This document shows, in pieces, positions 14,301-28,684 of a DNA stretch of 64,000 nt. This DNA comes from Trichinella spiralis (lineage: Eukaryota), in NCBI RefSeq assembly GCF_000181795.1, contig NW_003526944.1, positions 2,807,504 to 2,871,503 on the forward strand. The letters are read 5' to 3'. Numbering within the stretch: position 1 is the first letter of the stretch; the number at the start of each line of letters is the position of its first letter. The position numbers and the translations under genes are program-made. The notes under the pieces were generated by a model, which was given only the letters and a program-made list of their open reading frames with translations, was not told the DNA's origin and ran no database searches.

Positions 14301-14971
14301 TGTTTAAAATAATAGTAATATTATTCCGTCAAGATTCATACATAAATTGAACTCGAAAATATAACTACTATACGTATGAAAGTGAATACAGTATCACTTA
14401 TATGAATAGAAGAATATTTTAATATTTTTTTTCAAAATTTAAACGAGAAAAGTAAATTTTGAAAATCTAATCAACAACTTTTCATATATTTGCATATTAT
14501 TGCACAGTATGTGAAGCATAACCTTCTGATAAAAAGAGAAAATAAAAATATGGCAACGTACCTAGCCCTGGGTTGCCACCACTGATATTGTCGTTGTAAA
14601 GCAGTACCAATCGATTCGAGAGCTTTTTGCATCGGCATACACTGCGGATCGATCCAGCATTCGGTTCTGGCGCACGGTTTGGGCTGATAAGAATAATCCG
14701 AATTTTTATCTTTATTTATTTATTACGTAATAGAAGTGATACAAATTTCAATTAACAAAACATCACAACATACCTTCACAGTGTCAGGTGGATCAATGCC
14801 AATGTTCAAGCAAAGCACCAAAGCAACTGAAACAGTTTTCATGCGCTCTCTGTTGCGCCAAAATTCTGGATCAATTTTATTATCCGCATCACATTGCTCG
14901 CGTCTCAAGTCGGCAAACGATACCGGAACACGTTCAGGCTCCTTCTCATGCAAATCATTCTCTTCACTCAT
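8364..14971 (-). CDS. RPTOR: Regulatory-associated protein of mTOR (Raptor / DAF-15), multi-exon
   Basis: RNC motifs [100 protein letters not shown] repeats; C-terminal WD40 repeats ([15 protein letters not shown]). Confidence 0.97.
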
Positions 14972-16826
14972 TCTTACATTCTTCTGCCTGTAAATGTTCA
15001 AAAAAGAAATATGAAAAATAATGAGCTCCAAAAATTATTAAAAGTACTGAAATAATTAAGTATTACTGATGGATTCAAAATAAATTCAAATTTGTGTAAT
15101 ATATAAGAAGTTTGTTAATTTTAAAAACAGCCGTAACAGACAAAATATTTACTGAACATAGATATTAAAAAATATTTATCCAGTATTATTTCGATTCATT
15201 CAAAATATTCAAGAAATTCATAAAAATCAGTTGAAAAAAGAAAATTGCAAAAGATGTGGAATCTTTTATTTTATTATTTATCAGAAAAAATGACAATCGC
15301 ACAAATATAGTGCAAACATGCTAAAAATTAACATTAAATCACATCATCACCACCAAACAATTTACATTACTGGGTCGTAGTATGAGTAAAATAAACTCAA
15401 AATTTAAAAGAAAAATGCATGTATTAAAATAAAATCCAGAATATTTACAAAACATCAGAAATCGATACAGCTTATTCAAAATTAAACATGCTGCTCATGC
15501 ACGTGCGGTGAAACGGATTATCATGCACAACATGCGGTTTATATGACAATTTAGTGGGCCATTTAATTATTTTTAACATTCAACAATAAATTAACATGCT
15601 AAAATGTTAAAAGTACAATTTTGATTTATGCTTTTGCTTAAATTTATGCATTACAACACAGTCTAGTAAGATCTGCAATGTGAAAAATGACAAAACCAAC
15701 ACAAAATGACACAACAAAAGATCACATTAAAACATTACCCACAAGTGATTATCAGATGAAAAAAAATAAAAAATCAAATAATAACCATTTAAAACATCGA
15801 TCAGTTATCAATTTAAACAGATCTGATTAATTGCCAACATAGGTTAAAATTCTAATAATTGCCACATACACTGTTAATATATGTTTATTTATTTATTTAT
15901 TTAAGCAAATTAAAAAATAATCAAAAGAAAAACATTTGTTACTTTAGTTATATGAATTACTAATAATTATACAATTAATGGTAAAATTTCAAGTCATAGT
16001 AAACAATTTTCTCGACAGTGATCACTACCTACTGTCAAAACTGTCATTTCAAAATTCGCTAATAATCACAAAATTTTCACCATAGACAATATAATATCTA
16101 AAGGATTTGTTCTTTACAAATTAATAATGCACACGGATGCAAATATTACCACACGAAAAAATAAAATTTCACGCAGAACAAAATTTGAAAGCAACAGTAT
16201 ATAATATCATTATCTCAAGTTAGGAATATTTTGTCGTGAAAATTGATAAAATAGACAAAAAACAAATCAACTAATACAACAAACTTAAAATTAAATAAGA
16301 AAAAAAAATAAACTATAAAGTTTAAAATAGAGCCTCAACACGGAGAAAAGCACAATAATGCTTACTGTAAACGACAATGTACAACAAGCACATAAAAATG
16401 ACATGCACATATTTATGCTATTTCCAGTACCCAGTAAAACCTACCGTACTTTGATGGTAATAAAAGATAATGAGGTATTATATTTAAAAAAATTTGCATA
16501 AAACTGATTATAAAATAATTCAACTTTTAACTCAAATAAAATATTTTTTAATTAACAAATATTAAATAATTAAATTTAAAAACAACAATTTATGTTGTAA
16601 ACTATTTTTTACGTCCAAATACTTATTTTTAAAAGTAACTTTCCTCTACTAGTGGATAAAATGTAATATAATGAAAATTAACTGCTTCAACAATTCATTG
16701 CATGCATTCTATTTCTGCTATTTGTATATTACAAAGCATATAAAAATATTTTTGCATTCTTCGCTCACTAATTTCATAAAAGTAGTGTTTCATTCACTGA
16801 CGATTATTTTTGCATTCTCTCTACTT

Positions 16827-17080
16827 TCAAGTTGACACTTCCTGAAGCATTTGCCAAATCGAAGCCATCGGTGTAAACTTTCTATTCTAATAAAACTTAC
16901 ATTAATCCAGCTAAACTTGCATATTAAATTATTTCACGCTTTGCTTACTTCTAGCAGCAAAATCGTACGCACCAAATGCATCTGAAATAATTTCATTACT
17001 TCTTCAGCTTTAGAAACTTTTATTTCCAACATGTTTTTCTCTTGGCGAAACTTCCAATGTTCTTTTTTGAAATGTTCCAT
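16827..17080 (-). CDS. Possible small hypothetical gene (at least two exons; 5' end uncertain)
   Basis: 17080-16949 (MEHFKKEHWKFRQEKNMLE...LLLE, donor GTAAGC) joins in phase 0 to 16886-16827 (NRKFTPMASIWQMLQEVST*); no homology recognised. Confidence 0.3.
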
Positions 17081-18198
17081 TCTATTTCAAAAGATTGGTA
17101 AAATAAAATCATAGCGTAACAAATAGTAAACACGGATACTAATTCGGCACTGCATTGTGCTGTGCTTTCAGACGATTCTGAAATCCCATCCATGGCAAAA
17201 GTAAACAAATAATTATTGACACGATTGCAAAATGCAAACCAATGTCTAGACATTGTGGTATTCACATAATTGGCAAGAAAATTTTTCTCTGTTTAAGCGA
17301 CAAATAATTGCAGTGCACACTTTCATTCTCTTAAATACCAAGAAAACCTCGAGCTTCAGCCAGATTTATCATGTAAACTGTTTAAGACTGCTTCATTGCA
17401 ACAATTATTTCTGAACAACGATTTCCAGAATGGAAAATAAAATTCAAATTGAATTTAATCGCCCATCTATATTTTATAACACGTCTGAGTGCCAGTCCAA
17501 CTCCACAAAATCTCATTTATGTTTTTCAGATCATCAATTTCGCTCTAGTTTATAAACATACATCTTCCGACTGCCCAGTACCTCCTGTTGATGATAGACA
17601 AAAACTAATATTAATATGATTAAAAGAAATTTCTTCTGGGGTAAGATAAATACTAGTTTTCTTCCTATAAAATGCTTTCCTTGAAAGTGGTCAATCATCC
17701 ACAGTTTCCCTCTTTTCAAAATGCAAGTACAACGTTTTATTACAGTAATCCACATGAACAGAACTGCTTTACAGAGCTTTTTAAATAAGGCACACGTTAT
17801 TAATTAAATTTTATAAAAATATTACATTAAATTAACATAAAATAATACAGTAAGTAGTAAAAATTACAAATCTTATCAAATACACGTAACCGAACTGTAG
17901 CAGCTCAACTTTAACGAAAACGATCACCTCATTACATGCTACAGGAAAAAATTTTTTAATAAAATAAAATTGCATAAAAGATTTTTTTCAGCAAAAACGA
18001 CAACAAATTTAATTCATCCTTCACTATATATTGAAATTCAATCACGGAACAACTATATCAGTAGTCCTAAGTTTTCAAAGTGGTTGCTATACATAAATCT
18101 TCTAGAAAAAAAGCTCAAATACTAAAAAAAATCACACTGCTAACGTGTGAAAAATTATTTTTAAAACTATCGTGTTCTATTATTTCAACGCAATCTAT

Positions 18199-19791
18199 TT
18201 AAGAAAGAAAGAAAAATCGTTGAATCAACTTTTCACCGGCAGTTACTGGCGTAACATTGTCATTCTGGATTTCTCTGATTAACTGTGGCAGCTAAAATGC
18301 TTACACTTGTTGAATTTAAATATAGCCCACATTTGAAAAATATTATTCAAACCATCTTGACAACATCAGGATGATGACGAAACAGGCCGCTCAAAACATG
18401 GTCAATGTGATTCCACATCCAACGCAACATTTGCTGGTGACGTTGCAGCAATAGAACACCGCTTTCGCTTAGTGCATTTCTGAAGTGTTCCATTTCATTC
18501 CAAATTTCCGTTATGCCTTTGTTGGTGCGAGATGAGACTAGCAGGACCTGAGCAAGAGAATAAAAAAGAAATACTGAAATAATTTGCAAATTTTCAAATT
18601 GAATCAAACGGGCAAACTTGCGGACGCCAGCAGTGGAAACGACTTCGAGAATATTTCAAGGCGGACGAAAATTCAGCACGCGTCAAACGAGCCTGCTTTA
18701 GCAAATCGCCATCGGCTTTCGTTACCAGGATGAGATCGGCCATTTCCATAATGCCACGTTTGATGCCTTGCAGCTCGTCTCCAAGTGCTGGCGAAAGTAA
18801 CAATACAACCATGTCGGCGATGTTTGCTACAGCCGATTCCGATTGGCCAACACCTTGATTATAACATATAGATAAGAGAGAAAAGCAAACATACTTTCTT
18901 TGAACAGCTTTTGAAAATGCTACTGAAGTTATTATTGCATGCAATACTACCGACAGTTTCTATGAGAACAACATCATAACCGGCTCCTTCGCAAAGCACT
19001 ACGGATTCGTGGGTACCACGTCGAACACCTCCCAGAGTACCGGCAGTTGCAGACTGTCGAATGTAACAATTCGGCTCTTTGGACAACTCATTCATCCTCG
19101 CAACATCGCCCATTATGGAGCCTGAAAATAAGTTTAATTTCCATTCACAATATAGACGTGTCTTTTCCAAAGAATTACAAATGGATACTAATTCAACTTT
19201 CAATTCAAAAACAATTTTGCCCAGTTTCAGTATTAATTGCATAAATTTTATACCTCCAGTTCTTTCAGAAGACGGATCAATCGTCAATACAGCGATCTTT
19301 TTCTTCAGCTCTCTAATAAGGTACAGTCCGAAGGACTCGATAAATGTAGATTTGCCTGCACCCGGCGCCCCGGTGATAGCAATCCGAAATATCAACGACT
19401 TTGGACCGTGTTCATCAAAACGCTTTTTCGATATTTTCAACATGCTCTGCAAAAGGCATTCACCTTGGGCACGTTTAGTCGGATGATTGGATTCCACTAG
19501 TGTAATGGCTGAAGCCAGTGCAGATCGATCGCCCTTCAAAATGCGATTCTTCAACTCAACTACCGTCTCATCTTCGACAGTAATGTCAGTATCCCAGTGC
19601 TTGCGATAATAATTCTTAAACTTGTCGCGATTATGTGAACAATCAACTGAATCATTTTTCATTTTTTGATCACTATAGTAAGCAGGAAAACATTTTAAAC
19701 CTGCAAAGCAACTTTCCACAACTCTTCTAGATAAACAAAACTTGATGAAGCAAATTCTTTTAAAGCAGTCTGGTTGTGAAGCTCTTAACAT
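18199..19791 (-). CDS. MMAA: Methylmalonic aciduria type A protein (MeaB/ArgK-family GTPase), mitochondrial, 5 exons
   Basis: [15 protein letters not shown], Walker [67 protein letters not shown]. Confidence 0.96.
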
Positions 19792-19977
19792 AGTTGAGCT
19801 TTAGCATTCAACCATCAGAATAAATTAAAAAAACACCTATCATTAACTAGAATAAAGTTCGTCTTATACAGTAATCGATGATCAAGTTACTTTTTCATAA
19901 AGAGTAAACAATATTTGAAAACTTTAAATAACAATCATTTGCTTAAGAAAATAAACTTATTTCATTAAAATATTAGA

Positions 19978-20494
19978 TTAATGGTATTTTTTGTGTAGTA
20001 TAACCTTGGACAGCCTGCGGTGAGACAAGCGCAAAGTGCCAAGAGAATTCGCAGGCATAATGCGCAATTTGATTAGTGAATTCTGATTTTTGATTCCGAC
20101 TACATATTTGCGAAGCTTTTTTTCTATCATTCCTCTCTGTCTTGCTTTCATCTCTGTGGCGCTACTTATGCTTTCTGTCTCCTGAGGTAAATCATCCCTT
20201 AAATATACATTAGTAATAATGCAATTTTTCATGGTAATGATATAACAAAAAAAGAAAATTGTTCCATTTTCATCCATTCTTACAAATGCTATATTTAGAT
20301 TCTCGCGTTTGGTCCAATCAGTTACATATATCCTATGGGACACAGACTATCACTTTTACTTCAGCATGCACATAAATTCATTGAACAAACTACAACAGAA
20401 TGTATGTAAATAAAATTTTGAACTCAACCACTACAGAAAGGTACCTTGTTATTTCGGCTTTACGATTGTCTTGTACTTGATTTTCTTTATTCAT
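19978..20494 (-). CDS. Small hypothetical basic protein, ~89 aa, 2 exons
   Basis: 20494-20445 (MNKENQVQDNRKAEIT, phase-2 donor AG|GTACC) splices in frame to 20197-19978 (RDDLPQETES...KVILHKKYH*). Confidence 0.5.
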
Positions 20495-20700
20495 AGCCCG
20501 ATTCCAACTTTCTTCCAGAAATACCAGAAAATAAGCAGTGAATTGAAATCCGATGTCAACAACTTCATTATTATAAGCAAATATACATATATGTATATTT
20601 TTTGATAATTTTATTCAATATAACTGTGAAAATTTTTTGAACATAACTGCGATTAACGAACTGTTAATTTTTAGAAATACAACAAATGTGGCAAATGAAT

Positions 20701-23700
20701 TTATAATTCATCATCGACATGGACGGGTTTTTCTAAAGCTGAAATTTCAAAATGAACAATATATGAGCATTTTGAAAAATAATCTTACTTTTTTGTTCTG
20801 TTATTTTCCACTTATCTTTCGTTCTTTGATCAAGTAGATCTTTGATTTCTGAATCGTAATCTTTCCATTCCTCAATAATTCGCATTGCCGATTGTAATTT
20901 CGGTTCCTTTGTCATTGGATTGTTACACTAACATAACACAGAAAGCAAGCAATTTATTAATATTACATTAATAACAGTTATAATTTAATTAAAATGTTGA
21001 TCACTGTTTTACTTACTAAATCGATGGTCTTGGCAAATTTCTTGCTTTTATCATCGCACCACGTTTCGCACCATAACCATTCTTGAGGTAAAGATTTAAT
21101 TTTAACCTGATGTATCATATTATTAGGAAGATCCTGAAATAAGCATTCAACACTGACATTCCGCTTCTTTTCAAATAAAAAAACAAATAAACTATATTCA
21201 ACAAATATACCTGATCTAAATTAGACAGACTGTTTGGATCCCTGCTCAAAAAGTGATACTGACCACGGAGACGATCGCCGGCTGCAACTTGGCGAAATTT
21301 TTTCAAATCGACAACATAAAGAGCACTGTAAAATTTAAAAAAATAAAACTTTCGTCTGATATAATATCCATTATCCATTTCATTCATAACGCAAAACAAA
21401 CAAATATCATAGGTGCTGCGATAAAAAACAGCAAACAATAAGCAAAGTGGTAGTACGTACCTGATGTGATATTTGCGACCAGCGAGATGATTTTCCCAAT
21501 ATCCTTGTTTCCAAAATCGGTAACCATCCATTTCCTTGCGGCTATCACAAAATGGTGTATAAGCATATGGTGCACCTTCTAGGTCCAGTTCCATCAAATT
21601 CAACATGTCCGTTCGAACAACTTGATCCGCATCGACAAAAATGATCTTCTTCACATCCAACGGGAATAACACGTCGAGGAAAAGTATTTTGTAGCTACAA
21701 TTTTCAGACAGAGAATAGATTTGAAAAAAGAAGATTTTTTAATTGACGTTCAATCAAATATAAACTGCTACTTGAATCACTATCAGCTGTGAGAAACGGA
21801 TCATAAAGTCATCTTACCCCCACATAATCCGCTGCTTCTCGGTCTGCTGATGCAACCATCGAGGCCATTTGTATTGCACCAATTCATAGGAAAAATTGTA
21901 ATGGGCGGCCATATAAGGCAAAAATTCCTGAACAATTTCAATAATAAGCAAACAGATGAACATCTTTTCTAAAAATTACAACAAAAAACTTCCATACTTT
22001 AAATCCTGGAGAGAGGTAATTTTTGAGCAACCAAAATTTAACAGCAGTTTTTGTATGCTTCAGCACACTGAGCATCATAATTCTGAAAACAAATTTTAAT
22101 ATTTCAATATGCAATGTTTAAAAGAAAATATTTTTATTTCGAATAACAATCTGTACCTCAAAAATCGTTCATACAAGTGACCGGATGCCAAAGAGAAGAT
22201 GTTGATCACATCGTATTTTTCACCAGATTGAAAAGTTCTAAATTAAAAAAGTAAAAAAGATGGGATAGATATTCCAGGAAAGTGAAATTCAGAAAATTCG
22301 ATTTCAACACTTGAACAACTGGGTCTGTCCACTGTGTAAATTGGAAAGATTCTCACTTGGAAATCGACTGCCACAGAGATTCCGACTCTGCATCTTCAGA
22401 TTCAGCTAGCAATTCATTTTCCAACTGGTCGTTCTTCTTAGCTACCTGAAATGAAAAAAGCTCTTGTCGATTGCGAACAAACAACAAGTGGAAACAAAAA
22501 ATCCCACTTTGACATGTATCATTCTGCCGCTAAATCCGTCTAAAATGACCACTGAAGTCGTTTGATTCTGAACGACACCGTCCACTCTTAAACAAAATTC
22601 ACAGTTTAATATAAACGACGCCTTCCCTACCCGTTTCAATGCCACAAACGAAAAACAGCTTACGATTTAACTTCATAAATTTCAGCAGACTTTCCCTCAC
22701 GCAATGCCAAAATCCAAGCACCAGGATTAGCCTTCAACTGGAAATAGCCCTGCAAAAAATATTTAAAAAAATGAAATTCAAATATAAATAAATGATAATA
22801 AATATAAATAAAGCAACCACAAACCAAATTTGCCATCACAATCGTGTCGAACATGAACGGCTCGTGAAAAGTGCCCAAAGTGAACTGCAAACCACGCGGA
22901 GGACTTCCGGAACGTTCGTCAAAGCAACGCCCCTCAAGCAATATATACTCCAGCTGAAACTTTGCCACCACGTCACCCTTTACCTGAAAACCAAATAGAC
23001 CAAAAAATAGAAAAATAAATGGATAAGCTGAAAGGGGATGTCCGAATTTCATACTTCTTCCATTTTGATGTTGTCCAAATCGTAAACAGCATCTACGGAT
23101 TCCACCATCCAACTTTGCGGTGCAATGAGATTTAAAGTGAATAGCTGCTTTTGAGGAAGTGCAGAAAAACGCGCACTCGGTTGCGCTTTAAGTGAACCAT
23201 CGTCGGCAAATTCCAACTCTCTGGGCAGGACCATTCGAAAGAAGTTTTTCAACGGAATTTCTGACAATTTCGATTTGCAATTCATGCAAACTTTCATATG
23301 CACGTTCAAAACCGAACTAAGTATCTGAAATTGTCACGCTGTACATTTCAAGTTTTGACATCTCTAGAATAAAGCAGAAAAAAACTTACAACCAAAAGAT
23401 GAGACATCTTCTGTGCTGCAGGTGATAAAGGATCGACAATTGCTACAATGTCAAACTGAGCTGCTGTAGGATCTGAAGCTTCTATCTGAACACAACTATA
23501 CAACAAAAGCTATACAATTTAATATAAATGTGTTTCCAAATAATCTATCAGCTTTTACCTGTGATGATAATTTTCAATTATCGGCCAGTGTCGTTTCTCA
23601 TTGGCATTATATCGTCGAAGAAATGCATACAAACGCATAACTAAATCACTTAACCTAAACATGAACTTATTATGAATATGCATATGATAAAATAATCAGG

Positions 23701-26700
23701 AAAATTGCAGATGAGCTTTAAAAAAAACTTGTTCAAATGTTTTTACGCTTTTGGAGATTTATCGAGGTAGGGAATAATTTTGAGATGTTGCGCAATGTCG
23801 TTGCAACCGGATGTTAGCAGATATCTCTCGATAAAATTGAAATCTTTCAGTGAATTGAAATCTGATGCCGACAACGGAGCCAAAACCTTAAATAATAAAT
23901 AAACACACCGTCATTTTATCACGCAAAATATTCATTCAGCTCTCTCAGGTCACCTTTCCATTAGCGACAATGGCTCCAACTCCAGGATCTAAGTTCAGCA
24001 CAAATTTGGCATAGTGAACATGCAACTGCATCCAAATATCAGACATCGAATTATAAGCTTTCTTAAATTCAGGCCAGCTAATACCCTATAAATACTTCAG
24101 TAATCTGATTGAAAAAAATAATCATTTTTTCACTTACCGATGGTGACAAATTGATTAAATCTTCGAGTGTAGTAATTTTGTTTGCAAATATTTTTCCAAT
24201 AACTGCTTTCGACTGGTAAAGCGGCAAAAATTGTATGCATGCTTGAACAAGCGATGCAGTGCCTTTTGTAGCTTGGGCTTCACTCTTTGGATTGTGAATA
24301 AGAGCTATTCTCATGTCCACTGAATATTTCTTCAAAATTTCCAATAAAAATGTTAATTGTATTAATATTATGAAAAAAATATAAAAAATTTAAATTATAC
24401 TAAATATTTGATGGCGTTCAAAAAGAACTGTTGTCCATCGTCGGATTCCACATCTGCAACAATCCACAATGTGACTGGACGAAGAATGTCGTCGTCATTT
24501 TTAGTCAAATATAAAATCGACTCTATAATAAACTGAGTTTTTCCACTGGAGTCAAGATGTGAAAACTTCTCAACAGACATGGCTCCATGTTCTACAAAAA
24601 CGACTGAAATTGATCGGCAAAAAAAGAACAAATCCAAAACCTAACAAGCTTACTGGATGTGTCTGTCATGTCAAGAAAAATATTTTCCATCTGCAATATA
24701 TTATAATTCAATTTCGGCAAAACTGTTGGCTTTTTCATCAAGTGCTGTTGCACGTCCATATTTTCCTTAAGATTACCCTGAAAATTGCAGTAGTATTTAT
24801 ATCTCTTTTATAAGTATTCATACATTTGATTAACCTCGTAAACATCCTTTTGAATATCTACTGTGAATCGCATAACTTTCGACAAAATAGCTTCTTCAAT
24901 ATGCTCGGGAGAAATCTGAATATGAAAAGCAGAACATAATGGCGAGCTCACTTCAATGACAATCAATCAAAAAAACCTCTTCTTCAGTAAATGGATAACC
25001 GTTCATCAGAACCATTGGAACCATGGAAAGCCCGCTTTCTTTAATAAAATCTACACCTGACTAAGAGGAGAACAAAATAAATAAATTCGCATCTAATATT
25101 AATTTGAAACGCTTCACAAAAATAAATGATCCTCACACTGCGCCCTTGGTTGTACTCTTCAGAATTGAAAACCGACTTCAAATCTTCGTCACGATAACTG
25201 CTCTTGAACAACTTGTGAACATCTTCAACTGAAATTGTCTCCCGCATAACTGTATTATAAATCTGAAAACACAAATCTCATTTATGTGCACCAAATCTGC
25301 AATTTATTTCCATTAAATCTTTGAATATGCTGTGAAAACTGACATCAACCATTACTAACGTAGACAAACAGAATAAACAAAGTAAAATTATTCACCTTTA
25401 TCAAAAACATTACAGCTTTGGATACAGATCGATCTTCTTTTATAAAATTGAACGCATTCAGCATAGCTACGCCAGCGTCGTCGTAGCCGGATACAGATTT
25501 ATCATTGTTGACAACAAAAATAAAACCAATCCTGCCATAATTTTTGCATCAAAACATTGTTTTTTGTGAAATAACATAACAGTATTTGCAAAATGAAATA
25601 CCTGATCGGCAATACGTGTTCGTACATTTGATAAGCAGTGCTTAGCAAATTCTGTGATGCCCTATCGCCAAGTCGCAGAACAAAAATCTGCAAATCAAAA
25701 ACCTCAAACAATAATACAACAAATATAAAAAAAGCACTGTCACCAAAGTGAAAAAATTTTTCGCAATTGGTCTAATCATGCCGGGAAAATAAGGCTGTAA
25801 AATTGCATGAATGCTGTTACCCCAGTTTCTGTACGCTGCATCACTTTCCAAATTATTGATATACTAAACAATTAAACATTTGATTATAATAATATATGTA
25901 AGTTTAATATCTTTTTTCTCACCTGTGGTGACCACTGAGTATAATCAACAGCATATTCTGCGTTGGGATCGTTGCCTTTCATAGCGTACAGAAGAGTAAA
26001 GTCTTTTCTCTATAAATAAATTATTATTATTGTCAGAAAATAAGATAAACATGTCACGATAAACAAATACTCTTATGCCAAGCTTCAGTAGGCCCGAAAT
26101 GAGAATTTCTTCATTTTTGAGCAATTCAATTAAATTAAATATATCCTTCTCTTCCAGATCAATCATAATACCATCAATAAAAAATGCCGAATCTCCAGGT
26201 TCTATATTTAACTTTGAAAATGCATCCTGAAAATTCAACATTCTAAATACTGCTTCGTAAAATCATTAAATCTGTTACAGCTTGATTCTCTTCAACTTCA
26301 TTCTTAAAGTTTGGATTTATCGACATTCTAGTTAATGATCTAAAATACTTTACATGCTCGTATTTTGTCTATTTTACAATTTTGCTTCATCTATACTTAC
26401 CTAGCCATGATAGGAAAATTCTGACTGATATCTCTCAAAACACGAAGCGCTTCTTCTTTTGGCGCAAGCATCACTCGCTGACCAGCTTGAAAGCTAAGAT
26501 GCTGCAACTGCCAAACTTTCAACGGTGTTAGTTCATCTGCTTCAAGCAGATGCAACTGAAATTCATCCAAATGCTCGGCCAGATGAGGATACAGTTGCCG
26601 AAAAAAGTAAATGCACAATTAAAAAATAAAAAATAATTACTTGATACTTTTACAAAAACTCCTTACTTCAACAGTTTTACATTAAAGCCGTTAAGATCGG

Positions 26701-27767
26701 TTACTTCTTCTTCGGATGAAGAAACGCCGCTTTCAGAACCAGCTAAACAAATTTACAATTTTCAAAGTTACATTGCAAATAATGATCAACAAATTTTCAA
26801 TCGACTTTGCTTATCAGAATCATCGACAGCTTTATATTCTGTGCTTTTTATTGCCAATTCAACAGCATATCCAGATAAAGCAACCATATCGTCATTCATC
26901 TGAAAAAGCACATCATAATAATTCAAGTTAAACAATGCGATCTTTACCTTTGGGTAATGCCGCAGAATGTAGCTAATTCCGTCGCGCTGTACAAGTTTTT
27001 TCAATTGCAAATGCCAAGGTTTGAAATGTGGATTTTCTATATCAGCGTACAGTAGAACACAAACAGAGCCCTGCTTACTACCCGGATATATATGATCAAA
27101 CTGATAAGTGACAGGTCTCGCTCTGACGATTTTTAAACGCACAAAAACACTCTGTCATTATCAACAAATAACATTGCAAAAACACGAACTTACAAAGCTT
27201 CAGCATGCTTCAAAATCGTATCCAACTGTTGCAAATCGCTAATTTGCTTCCCATGAACAACTGCATAAACGCTTTTGCCATTTTGAACATCCAATGATGT
27301 GGCTGCTATCTGCCTGTGCATTTCAACAGTTGCGGAATGAACACGAACAGTTAGTGCAAGCTTCAGAAATTCTAAGCGAGCTTTCGATTTCAAAATCTGG
27401 TCACCAATCTGCAGAATCCCATTGTAGACCTCTCGATCGGTTTCTAAAAAACACGAGTAAATAAATTCAAGGTAGATAAACTTCAGTCAATAACCTTACT
27501 ATTTCCCAGTGAATTTTGATGTTTGTCAATAACCGCTTCAATAAATTGCCAAAATTTTTCATTGCTTTCTTTCGACATAAATTCGCTGAAAACCTTTCAT
27601 TACACGCAATAAAAAATCACTGAACTGGAATTTTACCTTGCTTCCATGATAAGCGATGTCGATGGCCATTTACTTCGAACAGAAACAATGACATTTTTAT
27701 GTGCCTTTCTCGGACTTACCAAAACAGGTGATACAAAACAAACAACTATTAACGGAAAAACCCACAT
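20701..27767 (-). CDS. UGGT: UDP-glucose:glycoprotein glucosyltransferase, many exons
   Basis: Signal peptide [54 protein letters not shown]24 domain [53 protein letters not shown]; ends KPVHVDDEL* (ER retrieval signal). Confidence 0.97.
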
Positions 27768-28684
27768 AGAATAGACACTAAAATGTAAATCTGGTTCAGA
27801 TATACAAAATAAACAGTAAAAATAATTTCATCTGAAATAATGCATTCAAGCAACCGCCCCATTTTACGTTGCTTCGAGTAAACTTTCTACAGTAAAATTT
27901 GCACAAAAAACTGTCATGCTGGATAATTCAATCTACTAAAAAAATAGGATAATGTAATTATAAAAGATTTAAACTTAAATAAATGCATCAAATCGTAAAA
28001 TAAATACATATATAATACTTTTAAAATGAACTTAAAACTTCTACAACTATAATATCTGCTTTGACAAAATGCATGCAATATTTTATGATAAAAAAATGCT
28101 TTAGTAAAAATTTAGAACATACAATAAATATGATCGACTATACTAACATTATGTCATTTAAATAATAGGCAACAACCACTATTAAAATAAAATGCTGAGC
28201 GGTCAAGCAAAAATTTTGTGACAGTATTAAATATTGTCAGGTACAAACAATCGCAAATGCAATGATAACATTCGTGTTTATTCAGTTGTCGAACATGATT
28301 TACTATGAAACAGCTTTCATTGCCACAAATTGCTATTTACTAAATAAAATCAATATGAATTATATTATTAAGGGCATAAATGTGCAAAAAAATAAACAGC
28401 AGTAAACGAAGGGTACTTTTTAATTTCTCGTTAGGTACACAGTACATTATACTTTGTTCGTAGGCAATTTTTACTAGTTACATACAAAAATCTTTTAATA
28501 ATACAAACCTTCAGTTTCAATTAAGTTTAAAGGATTTAAATTTTCTAAATGGAAAATTAGCACTTTCATTCAAAAAGAGAAAATTCTTCGCTAATTCAGA
28601 GCAATATTATGAATTTCGAATTTATTTCAACTATGAACTCCATTTAGAAATGAAAACAATAATTTTAGCGTAAAAAGTTAAAAT

